This document shows positions 34,647 to 41,610 of a stretch of 41,610 nucleotides of DNA, piece by piece. The notes beneath the pieces are model-generated. The model searched no databases and was not told the origin of the DNA. It worked only from the letters and a program-made list of their open reading frames with translations. Numbering within the stretch: the stretch's first letter is position 1; every line of letters starts with the position of its first letter. Location: IMG/VR virus record IMGVR_UViG_3300046355_000236. The stretch is one strand, 5' to 3'. The position numbers were made by a program, and so were the translations under genes. The DNA is from a virus (taxonomy: Duplodnaviria; Heunggongvirae; Uroviricota; Caudoviricetes).

Positions 34647-35121
34647 TGAAGTAAAACAAGAAGAAAAAGCACCGGAAGATTGGATGACCAAGAAGTGGCG
34701 TCCAATGATGGCAATGATGTATATGATCTGCTGTCTATTTGACTTTGCGCTATTCCCGATCATGTTCACTGTTGTTCAGTTCTGGGAAGTGCAAGCAGCA
34801 AATGATGCATTCCGTCAATGGGTACCAATCACACTGCAAGGTGGTGGTCTGTTCCACGTTGCAATGGGTGCTGTCCTTGGTGTATCTGCATATGGCCGTA
34901 CACAGGAAAAGGTTGCTGGCGCTGCTGGTGGTCCTTCTTTGCCTGCTGGTCTACCGACACAAACAATTGCACCAACACCGGCTCCTGCGCCAGTGCAATA
35001 CAGTGCTCCAGCACCGCAAATTGAACCAACATATATACCTCAAACTATTAATCAACCACAGGTTGTAGTAGGATTTGGCGGTAAACCAGCGCCTGCCCCA
35101 GCACCGCAACCACTCCTATAA
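34639..35121 (+). CDS. Holin (GTA 3TM-holin-like) with Pro-rich tail
   Basis: WRPMM...Y and GLFHVAMGAVLG..AYGRTQEK motifs, adjacent to the endolysin. Confidence 0.75.
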   Translation: MADEVKQEEKAPEDWMTKKWRPMMAMMYMICCLFDFALFPIMFTVVQFWEVQAANDAFRQWVPITLQGGGLFHVAMGAVLGVSAYGRTQEKVAGAAGGPSLPAGLPTQTIAPTPAPAPVQYSAPAPQIEPTYIPQTINQPQVVVGFGGKPAPAPAPQPLL

Positions 35122-35130
35122 GAGGATCCC

Positions 35131-35340
35131 ATGAAAACCTTCCTATACGCGCTATGCGTCTCCGCAGGTCTTCTTTTCTCTGCCGGCATTCATGCTGCAG
35201 AAACAAAAGAAGTATGCGTTGACAAGACCACGAAAGATGGTAAACCTGTCAAAGGTAAAGACGGCAAGACAGCCCAAACATGCAAGACAATTAAAGTGCA
35301 TAAGAAGCTAGAAGGCACGGCGGTACCGGAGAAGAAGTAA
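35131..35340 (+). CDS. Small exported basic protein with a Cys pair
   Basis: Signal peptide ending IHA; KEVC...KDGK..KDGK...CKTIKVHKK. Confidence 0.7.
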   Translation: MKTFLYALCVSAGLLFSAGIHAAETKEVCVDKTTKDGKPVKGKDGKTAQTCKTIKVHKKLEGTAVPEKK

Positions 35341-35341
35341 A

Positions 35342-35572
35342 ATGGAATCGTTCGATACAGGAGCTCGAATAGCAGTGCTAGAGAATGAAATGAAGAACGT
35401 AGCTGCAGAAGTCAAGGAACACCGCCTTGACTCCAAAGAGCAACACAAGCAGATGATGGAGAAAATCGTCGAAATCGATAAACGCCTAGGTGTCATCGAA
35501 AGATGGCGCTGGATGATTGTTGGTGGCGCGCTTGCTTTAGGCTACGTAGCATCTCACTTCTTTAAAATGTAA
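35342..35572 (+). CDS. Small coiled-coil protein with C-terminal TM
   Basis: RIAVLE...RL..IERWRWMIVGGA pattern. Confidence 0.7.
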   Translation: MESFDTGARIAVLENEMKNVAAEVKEHRLDSKEQHKQMMEKIVEIDKRLGVIERWRWMIVGGALALGYVASHFFKM

Positions 35573-35575
35573 CCG

Positions 35576-35604
35576 TTGACTTTTCAACGCCAAAGCCCTA
35601 TAGT
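35576..35604 (+). promoter_or_regulatory. Sigma70-type promoter for gene 61
   Basis: TTGACT, 17 nt spacer, TATAGT. Confidence 0.7.
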
Positions 35605-35642
35605 CCACCTGTCTTGGTGGAATAGCTATAGGGCTTTTTATT
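35592..35642 (+). terminator. Intrinsic terminator ending the late/lysis block
   Basis: AAAGCCCTATAG / CTATAGGGCTTT stem with an inner TCCACC / GGTGGA stem, ending in a T-run. Confidence 0.7.
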
Positions 35643-36674
35643 ATGCAGTGGATTGATGACAAATATATTGGGAGCATCTCAAATCGTTTGAGTATGTTTA
35701 AGCGCGCCGATGATGGTGTGTATAATTTCAGGTGTATGGTTTGCGGAGACTCCCGTAAGAGCAAAACCAAAGCTCGTGGTTACCTGATTCGTAAAAATGG
35801 CAATTACTTTTTCACATGCCATAACTGTAGTGCAACAATGTCGTTCAGCCGTTTACTGGAGATTGTAGACCCTGAACTGCACAAAGACTACATCAGAGAG
35901 CGTTTCTTGGAAAATCGCCGTGCTAATACGGCTAATATTGTGGAACCAGCACCCGATATCGGGCGGTTCATCACACCCAAATTCATTAAGTATACGCAGC
36001 TAGCAGATCTCAAAAAGATTAGCCAGTTGGATCCGTCACATCCGGCAAAGCGGTACATTATGAGTAGGAAGATCCCGTCTCCACTCCATTCTCGCTTGTT
36101 CTATGCGCCTAAGTTTAAGGCGTGGACAAATACCCTTATTCCTAATAAATTTGACTTGGAAAAGAAGGATGAGCCGCGTCTAATCATCCCGTTCATTGAT
36201 AAGTATGGTAACCTGTTTGGATATCAAGGTAGGTCGTTTGGTAATGTTGAGCCACGGTATATTACGATCATTCTTGATGAGGCGATGCCGCGTGTGTTTG
36301 GTATGGATAAGATTGATTTGGTAGAGCGTGTATACGTTACAGAAGGCCCAATTGACTCAATGTTCATCCCTAATTGCTTGGCAATGGGTGGTTCCCACCT
36401 TGATAAGACAACAGTAAAGCTTGGCCTCAAGCCGTATAACATGGTTATAGTGTATGATAATGAACCAAGAAATAAAGAAATCGTGTTAGCTATTGAAAAA
36501 GCAATTGATTTAGGTTATAATGTATGCCTATGGCCGGAAGGTACTGCTCAGAAGGATGTTAATGAAATGATCCAAGATGGGCTGACCCCTAAACAGGTAC
36601 TTGCTATTATAGATGCTCATACATACACTGGGCTGACAGCAAAAATGAAACTTACACAATGGAAGAAAGTATGA
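35643..36674 (+). CDS. 61: DNA primase (gp61)
   Basis: Zinc finger NFRC.VCGDS...CHNC, RLIIPF, QGR, EGPIDS and YDNEPRN TOPRIM motifs, KDVNEM. Confidence 0.96.
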   Translation: MQWIDDKYIGSISNRLSMFKRADDGVYNFRCMVCGDSRKSKTKARGYLIRKNGNYFFTCHNCSATMSFSRLLEIVDPELHKDYIRERFLENRRANTANIVEPAPDIGRFITPKFIKYTQLADLKKISQLDPSHPAKRYIMSRKIPSPLHSRLFYAPKFKAWTNTLIPNKFDLEKKDEPRLIIPFIDKYGNLFGYQGRSFGNVEPRYITIILDEAMPRVFGMDKIDLVERVYVTEGPIDSMFIPNCLAMGGSHLDKTTVKLGLKPYNMVIVYDNEPRNKEIVLAIEKAIDLGYNVCLWPEGTAQKDVNEMIQDGLTPKQVLAIIDAHTYTGLTAKMKLTQWKKV

Positions 36675-36868
36675 TGATGCACTTTTTGAGTGAATATTAT
36701 GGACGAGACAACGGACGCACTGCCCAGATCCATGCTGATGGATTTGGATATTATGTTCAAATGTATCAAGATGGTAATATGGTGAAACGTGTGCCTCTCT
36801 ACGAGCAATCACGTGATTATGCAGAAGACTGCGCAGAAAACTGGACTTTAGGAATTATTAATGAGTGA
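36671..36868 (+). CDS. Conserved hypothetical protein
   Basis: S..YAEDCAENW.LG motif. ATGA overlap with gene 61. Confidence 0.7.
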   Translation: MMMHFLSEYYGRDNGRTAQIHADGFGYYVQMYQDGNMVKRVPLYEQSRDYAEDCAENWTLGIINE

Positions 36869-37577
36869 ATACCTCTCCCCACACAACTTTGAAGCAAGAC
36901 TAATTAGCTATTCAAAACCATCTCGTGAACTTGTTCAGGAGGGGTTGTACGATATTCAGGAGCTTATTGGTTTCTGTGCACGTGTATCCAATCCAGCGAA
37001 CCAGATGAATTTACAAACATCTGAGAAGCTGATTAAATATCTAATCAAACACCAACATTGGTCTCCTTTGGAGATGGTGTCGGCATGTGTGGAAATTACA
37101 ACAACACGTGATATTGCTCGTCAGATCCTTCGTCATCGTAGTTTTTCCTTTCAGGAATTTAGTCAACGATATGCAGATCCTACAGCGGAGATGTCAGAAG
37201 CCTTTGTAACTCGTGAAGCACGCTTTCAAGATACCACCAATCGTCAAAATAGCGTTGAGTTTGACATGACCAACGATGAGCAGAGACGTCTCGCTTTCGA
37301 GTGGGAAAGGTCCCAGAAACGAGTTCTGTACGCAGTAGAAAAAGAATACAAATGGGCTATTGCTAACGGTATTGCGAAGGAACAAGCACGTGCTTTACTA
37401 CCAGAAGGACTGACAAAAAGCCGCATGTATATGAACGGAACATTGCGTTCTTGGATCCACTATATACAACTCCGGTCTGCCAACGGGACGCAGAAGGAAC
37501 ACATTGAAATTGCTAAAGCATGTGCACAAGTGATTGCAGAAATCTTCCCGCTCACCACGCAGCTGGTATCAGAATAA
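36861..37577 (+). CDS. thyX: Flavin-dependent thymidylate synthase
   Basis: ARVS, HWSPLE, RQILRHRSFSFQEFSQRY and R.ANGTQKEH motifs. Confidence 0.97.
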   Translation: MSEYLSPHNFEARLISYSKPSRELVQEGLYDIQELIGFCARVSNPANQMNLQTSEKLIKYLIKHQHWSPLEMVSACVEITTTRDIARQILRHRSFSFQEFSQRYADPTAEMSEAFVTREARFQDTTNRQNSVEFDMTNDEQRRLAFEWERSQKRVLYAVEKEYKWAIANGIAKEQARALLPEGLTKSRMYMNGTLRSWIHYIQLRSANGTQKEHIEIAKACAQVIAEIFPLTTQLVSE

Positions 37578-37596
37578 TAAAAATTGGAGTTTATTA

Positions 37597-39396
37597 ATGT
37601 CAAATGACACATATATGGGAGTAGAGATTGACTACTCCCGGGATAATCTATTCGATGTCCTAGGAATCAAGCGTCTCCAAGAGTCCTACATGAAAGAGGA
37701 TGAAACTAGCCCACAACAACGTTTCGCCTTTGTATCAAAACAGTTCGCTACAGATGAAAAACACGCGCAAAGACTTTACGACTACTCTAGTCGACATTGG
37801 TTGTCTTATTCTACCCCCATTCTGTCTTTCGGTCGTTCTGCCCGTGGTCTTCCTATTAGCTGTTTTCTTCCATATCTACATGATAGTTCAGCAGGGTTGG
37901 TCGATACTTTATCGGAAGTTAACTGGCTGAGTATGCTTGGTGGTGGTGTTGGTATCGGTGTCGGTATCCGCTCTGCTGATGATAAGTCTGTTGGTGTTCT
38001 ACCACACCTTCGTACGTACGATGCAAGCTCTTTGGCATATCGTCAAGGTCGCACTCGTCGTGGTAGCTATGCTGCTTACCTAGACATCAGCCACCCAGAC
38101 ATCCAGATCTTCCTTGATATGCGTAAGCCTACTGGTGATCCCAATATGCGCGCACCTAATTTGCACCACGGAATCAATATTCCTGATGCGTTCATGCAGA
38201 TTATTGAAAATTGCATGAAGGATCCTAACGCTAGCGATGACTGGGAGTTGAAAGATCCACACAATGGTGAAGTCCGTGAAGTAGTATCTGCTAAGGAGCT
38301 GTGGCAAAAGATTATGGACCTGCGTATGCACACAGGTGAACCATATTTGCACTTCATCGATACAAGTAACCGCATGATGCCCCAGTTCCAGAAGGATCTG
38401 GGTTTGTCTATCAAGCAAAGCAACCTGTGTTCTGAAATTATTCTGCCAACAGATAAGAATCGCACCGCTGTGTGCTGCTTGTCTTCTGTTAACTTGGAAT
38501 ACTTCGATGAGTGGAAGAACGATGAGTTGTTCCTGCGCGACATAGCAGAGATGCTTGATAACGTACTGCAATACTTCATTGATAATTCCAATGACACAAT
38601 TGCACGTGCTCGCTATAGTGCTGAGCGTGAGCGTAGTATTGGTGTTGGTGCTTTGGGCTTCCATGCCATGCTACAAAAAGCAAACATTCCGTTTGAAAGT
38701 GCACTCGCAAAGTCGATCAATAACCAGATCTTTGGACATATCAAGGAAAAATTACATGAAGCTAATCTCGCTTTGGGCAAGATTCGTGGAGAAGCTCCAG
38801 ACGCACGTGGATCCGGCCAACGTTTCAGCCACGTTATGGCTATTGCTCCTAATGCAAGTTCTTCGATCATTATGGGCAACACTAGTCCTAGTATTGAGCC
38901 TTACCGTGCTAATGCATACCGTCAAGACACTCTTTCCGGCGCTCACCTGAACAAGAACAAGTATCTTGATCAGATCATCCGCACTGCTGCAGACGGCAAG
39001 CCAGATGGTTGGTACGAAGAAGTGTGGTCGTCTATCATTGCGAATGATGGTTCTGTCCAGCACCTTGAGTGGATGGATGATTGGACGAAGGATGTATACA
39101 AGACATCGATGGAAATCGATCAACGCTGGATCATCGAGCATGCTGCTGATCGCCAGCAATACATCGATCAAGCCCAGTCACTGAATGTGTTCTTCCGTCC
39201 AGATGCCGATGTTAAATACATCCACGCTGTTCACTTCCTTGCCTGGAAGCTGGGATTGAAAACACTATATTACTGCCGTAGCGAGAAGCTGGCAAAGGCT
39301 GATAAGGTATCGAAGAGGGTTGAACGCGTTGTGATGCCTGAAATCGATCTGTTGGCTGTTGCTGATGGCGATGTATGTCTGGCATGTGAGGGATAA
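37597..39396 (+). CDS. nrdA: Class I ribonucleotide reductase alpha subunit (short, no ATP cone)
   Basis: STP, PISCF, GGGVG, SNLCSEI, AIAPNASSS, DQAQS, LKTLYYCR and C-terminal CLACEG. GGAG RBS before ATG 37597. Confidence 0.96.
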   Translation: MSNDTYMGVEIDYSRDNLFDVLGIKRLQESYMKEDETSPQQRFAFVSKQFATDEKHAQRLYDYSSRHWLSYSTPILSFGRSARGLPISCFLPYLHDSSAGLVDTLSEVNWLSMLGGGVGIGVGIRSADDKSVGVLPHLRTYDASSLAYRQGRTRRGSYAAYLDISHPDIQIFLDMRKPTGDPNMRAPNLHHGINIPDAFMQIIENCMKDPNASDDWELKDPHNGEVREVVSAKELWQKIMDLRMHTGEPYLHFIDTSNRMMPQFQKDLGLSIKQSNLCSEIILPTDKNRTAVCCLSSVNLEYFDEWKNDELFLRDIAEMLDNVLQYFIDNSNDTIARARYSAERERSIGVGALGFHAMLQKANIPFESALAKSINNQIFGHIKEKLHEANLALGKIRGEAPDARGSGQRFSHVMAIAPNASSSIIMGNTSPSIEPYRANAYRQDTLSGAHLNKNKYLDQIIRTAADGKPDGWYEEVWSSIIANDGSVQHLEWMDDWTKDVYKTSMEIDQRWIIEHAADRQQYIDQAQSLNVFFRPDADVKYIHAVHFLAWKLGLKTLYYCRSEKLAKADKVSKRVERVVMPEIDLLAVADGDVCLACEG

Positions 39397-39397
39397 T

Positions 39398-39910
39398 ATG
39401 AACCGTCGACCTCTTAAATTTATTACGAGGGAGAAGGAATGGGAGCTGATTCAGCGATTGCTTACAATTGTTGACAGCTCCTCATTTGATCCTACAGACA
39501 CAGCGGTGATCATGGCATCACCAGACTACTCAGCAACAGTAGCCATGCATCTAGCTCATGCATGGTCGCTAAAAGGTGAGATGCTTTCAATCATTCCTGT
39601 TGATGTTACATACCCCGATGAGGATTCAGCACCATACCGTGAAAAGATGGTAGAGCAAGCAAGATATATTCGACAGTTTAAAAAGCTGGTACTTGTAGAA
39701 GCTGGTATCATTAGAGGCGGCAACTGGAAGTGGATGCTCGATCTCCTCGATTGCTGGGGATTTGAAAGAAAAGACATCACGTTAGTAGCGATGTGTGAAA
39801 ACGTATTTTCTGCAATCAAATCTGATTATGTCGGGGAATATTACAACGACGACAAAGAGGAGCTAATGTTCTACTTTGAAAAATATAACAAACATTGGCC
39901 AGTGAGGTAA
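39398..39910 (+). CDS. Phosphoribosyltransferase-fold hypothetical protein
   Basis: LVLVEAGIIRGGNW resembles a degenerate PRPP-binding loop (canonical VLVVDD...TG.T). Confidence 0.5.
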   Translation: MNRRPLKFITREKEWELIQRLLTIVDSSSFDPTDTAVIMASPDYSATVAMHLAHAWSLKGEMLSIIPVDVTYPDEDSAPYREKMVEQARYIRQFKKLVLVEAGIIRGGNWKWMLDLLDCWGFERKDITLVAMCENVFSAIKSDYVGEYYNDDKEELMFYFEKYNKHWPVR

Positions 39911-39911
39911 A

Positions 39912-40160
39912 ATGAAACTACTTAAATTCGAAGCACCATGGTGCACAAAGTGCAAAACAGTATCAAAGGTATTGGAAGGTATGGCTCTTCCATTTCCTGT
40001 AGAGATTGTCAACATTGACGCTGATCGGGACACTGCACTACTGTATGGTATTCGTGGCATTCCACATATGATCCTGATGGATGAGAATGATACCATCATT
40101 ACCCGTATTGGTGGTGTAGCAACAAAAGAACAACTAACAGAGGCGTTTGGACTACAATGA
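39912..40160 (+). CDS. Thioredoxin-like protein
   Basis: F.APWCTKCK and YGIRGIP motifs. Confidence 0.9.
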   Translation: MKLLKFEAPWCTKCKTVSKVLEGMALPFPVEIVNIDADRDTALLYGIRGIPHMILMDENDTIITRIGGVATKEQLTEAFGLQ

Positions 40161-40591
40161 AAAAACTTCTAGTATTGCTGGCATTCTTGCCACTATTTGC
40201 ATTTGCACAAAAAGAAAAAGCCGGCGTCACATACGATGTTGTGCTAACACGTGTTATCGATGGTGACACAGTTGCGTTCCAGGCTAACTGGCTACCCGAT
40301 CCATTGAAGAAGGAACTATCTATTCGTGTATTCGGTGTAGACACACCTGAAAAAGGATTCCGTGCTAAATGTCCTTCTGAGGATGCTCGTGGACAAGCTG
40401 CCACTGCATTTACCAAGAACATGATCAACACATCCACAAAGCGCCAGATCGTTATGATGGACTGGGACAAGTATGGTGGTCGTGTGTTGGGAGATGTATT
40501 GCTCGATGGTAAGAGTCTTCGTGCAGGTCTGATCCAGAATGGATTTGCACGCGAATACTACGGTGAAGCCAAGACTTCATGGTGTCAGTAA
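40157..40591 (+). CDS. Thermonuclease (SNase-like) with Sec signal peptide
   Basis: RVIDGDT, IRV.GVDTPE, DKYGGRVLG and G.AR.Y motifs. Signal MKKLLVLLAFLPLFAFA. Confidence 0.9.
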   Translation: MKKLLVLLAFLPLFAFAQKEKAGVTYDVVLTRVIDGDTVAFQANWLPDPLKKELSIRVFGVDTPEKGFRAKCPSEDARGQAATAFTKNMINTSTKRQIVMMDWDKYGGRVLGDVLLDGKSLRAGLIQNGFAREYYGEAKTSWCQ

Positions 40592-41226
40592 GTGATATTC
40601 AAATGCTCGATATTTTCTCACCAGAGATTGTCGAGCAAACCATCAGATACTATAATTCCATTGGAACATATAGATCAGAAACGATGAAGAAAGCCGATCC
40701 AGGGGATGCTCTCAACTGGATCGACCCTATTTTGAGGAAACATTTTCCAGAGATAGGGGAGTTTATCGGCGGTAACTTCTACAAACACAAATATCCCTAT
40801 TTGCCACATACAGATCACCAAGCTCAGTGGGGTGATTCGAGTATCAACATTGTTGTTCCATTGTGGTTTATTGGGTCACAACCTTCTCTAATTGTGTTCG
40901 ATCAGACATGGTCAGGTCCTCCTACTACATGGACAATGACATACCCAAAAAGAGATGGTGAAATTAGTTCATCTGTTAATGGACAGCTTTTAGGGTGTCC
41001 TGGGGATTATGACATTGGCAACCACACAGATGACCATGTTGATTATGATCTTGCAATGGAGCATTTACAATTCCCAGAAGATTGTTATTATGGAATGAGT
41101 GGCGTGGCGTTTACTTTTACGCCCGGATCTGCTATTATGTTCGACAACTCAAAAATACATTGCACGAGCAAATTCATAGGTGAAAAGCTCGGCCTCTCAC
41201 TTAGGTACAAACCAAAACAATTATGA
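40579..41226 (+). CDS. Hypothetical protein, possible 2OG-Fe(II) oxygenase-like fold
   Basis: HTD (HxD), NIVVPL, and a distal G..I.FD...IHC motif. Confidence 0.5.
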   Translation: MVSVSDIQMLDIFSPEIVEQTIRYYNSIGTYRSETMKKADPGDALNWIDPILRKHFPEIGEFIGGNFYKHKYPYLPHTDHQAQWGDSSINIVVPLWFIGSQPSLIVFDQTWSGPPTTWTMTYPKRDGEISSSVNGQLLGCPGDYDIGNHTDDHVDYDLAMEHLQFPEDCYYGMSGVAFTFTPGSAIMFDNSKIHCTSKFIGEKLGLSLRYKPKQL

Positions 41227-41610
41227 CCACAAAACAAAAACTTAAACTAACCGACGAGCGCAGCTCATTTAAGCCATTTAACTATCCATGGGCATATGAT
41301 GCATGGTTGAAGCACGAACAAAGCCATTGGTTACATACCGAAGTACCAATGCTAGAAGACGTCAAGGACTGGAAGAATAAACTTTCAGCAGAAGAAAAGC
41401 AATTCCTCACACATATCTTCCGTTTCTTTACTCAAGGTGATGTGGACGTTGCTGGTGGTTATGTAAAGAACTATCTGCCATACTTCCCGCAACCAGAAGT
41501 TCGTATGATGCTGACTGGATTTGCTGCACGTGAGGCATTGCACGTTGCTGCATATAGCCATTTGATCGAGACACTGGGTATGCCAGAGTCTACATATAAT
41601 GAATTCCTCG
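41223..41610 (+). CDS. nrdB: Ribonucleotide reductase beta subunit (partial, runs off the window)
   Basis: Read directly as MTTKQKLKLTDERSSFKPFNYPWAY...HWLHTEVPM..DVKDW...FRFFTQGD.DV...EALHVAAYS. Confidence 0.95.
   Translation, partial: MTTKQKLKLTDERSSFKPFNYPWAYDAWLKHEQSHWLHTEVPMLEDVKDWKNKLSAEEKQFLTHIFRFFTQGDVDVAGGYVKNYLPYFPQPEVRMMLTGFAAREALHVAAYSHLIETLGMPESTYNEFL

Noticed and set aside
1-41610. Numerous antisense and alternate-frame ORFs in the six-frame track (e.g. 872-1384, 1967-2560, 4552-5145, 14613-15107, 38080-38664)
   Set aside because: They lie opposite or within well-supported genes, lack RBS and recognisable motifs, and look like shadow ORFs.
1-41610. CRISPR array or long nucleotide tandem repeats
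   Set aside because: No repeat-spacer periodicity was seen. The only repeats are degenerate protein-level motifs in 26405-31238.
1-41610. Stop-codon reassignment
   Set aside because: Core genes are full length under code 11, and TAA, TGA and TAG (7418) all appear to act as stops.

Overview
A 41.6 kb segment of a lytic T4-like myovirus genome (Tevenvirinae/Kyanoviridae-like core), using genetic code 11 and densely coding, mostly on the + strand. The host is probably an aquatic Gram-negative bacterium, given the two-component spanins and a DUF3563-like gene that hints at Betaproteobacteria (inference). The core replication genes are gp45, gp44, gp62, regA, gp30 ligase, gp43 polymerase, uvsX, gp41 helicase and gp61 primase. 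Nucleotide supply genes are dNMP kinase, dCTP deaminase/dUTPase, dCMP deaminase, thyX, nrdA, partial nrdB and thioredoxin. There is also a late/structural block and a clustered lysis cassette. The most unusual element is a 4.2 kb minus-strand operon (6867-11041) of eight exported or membrane proteins behind a perfect T4 late promoter. It includes a chaperone-usher pilin-like subunit and a single-domain PapD-like chaperone but no usher, so it is a candidate phage-encoded cell-surface appendage system. Other highlights are a TGT/DpdA-like gene (possible 7-deazaguanine DNA modification), a ~200 nt structured leader RNA with pseudoknots upstream of hsp20, promoters embedded in terminator hairpins before gp43 and gp61, modular capsid-targeted proteins with repeated protease-site-like linkers, a glycosyl/methyltransferase island and a Tat-signal protein. 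All product calls come from motif recognition by eye; no database searches were run.
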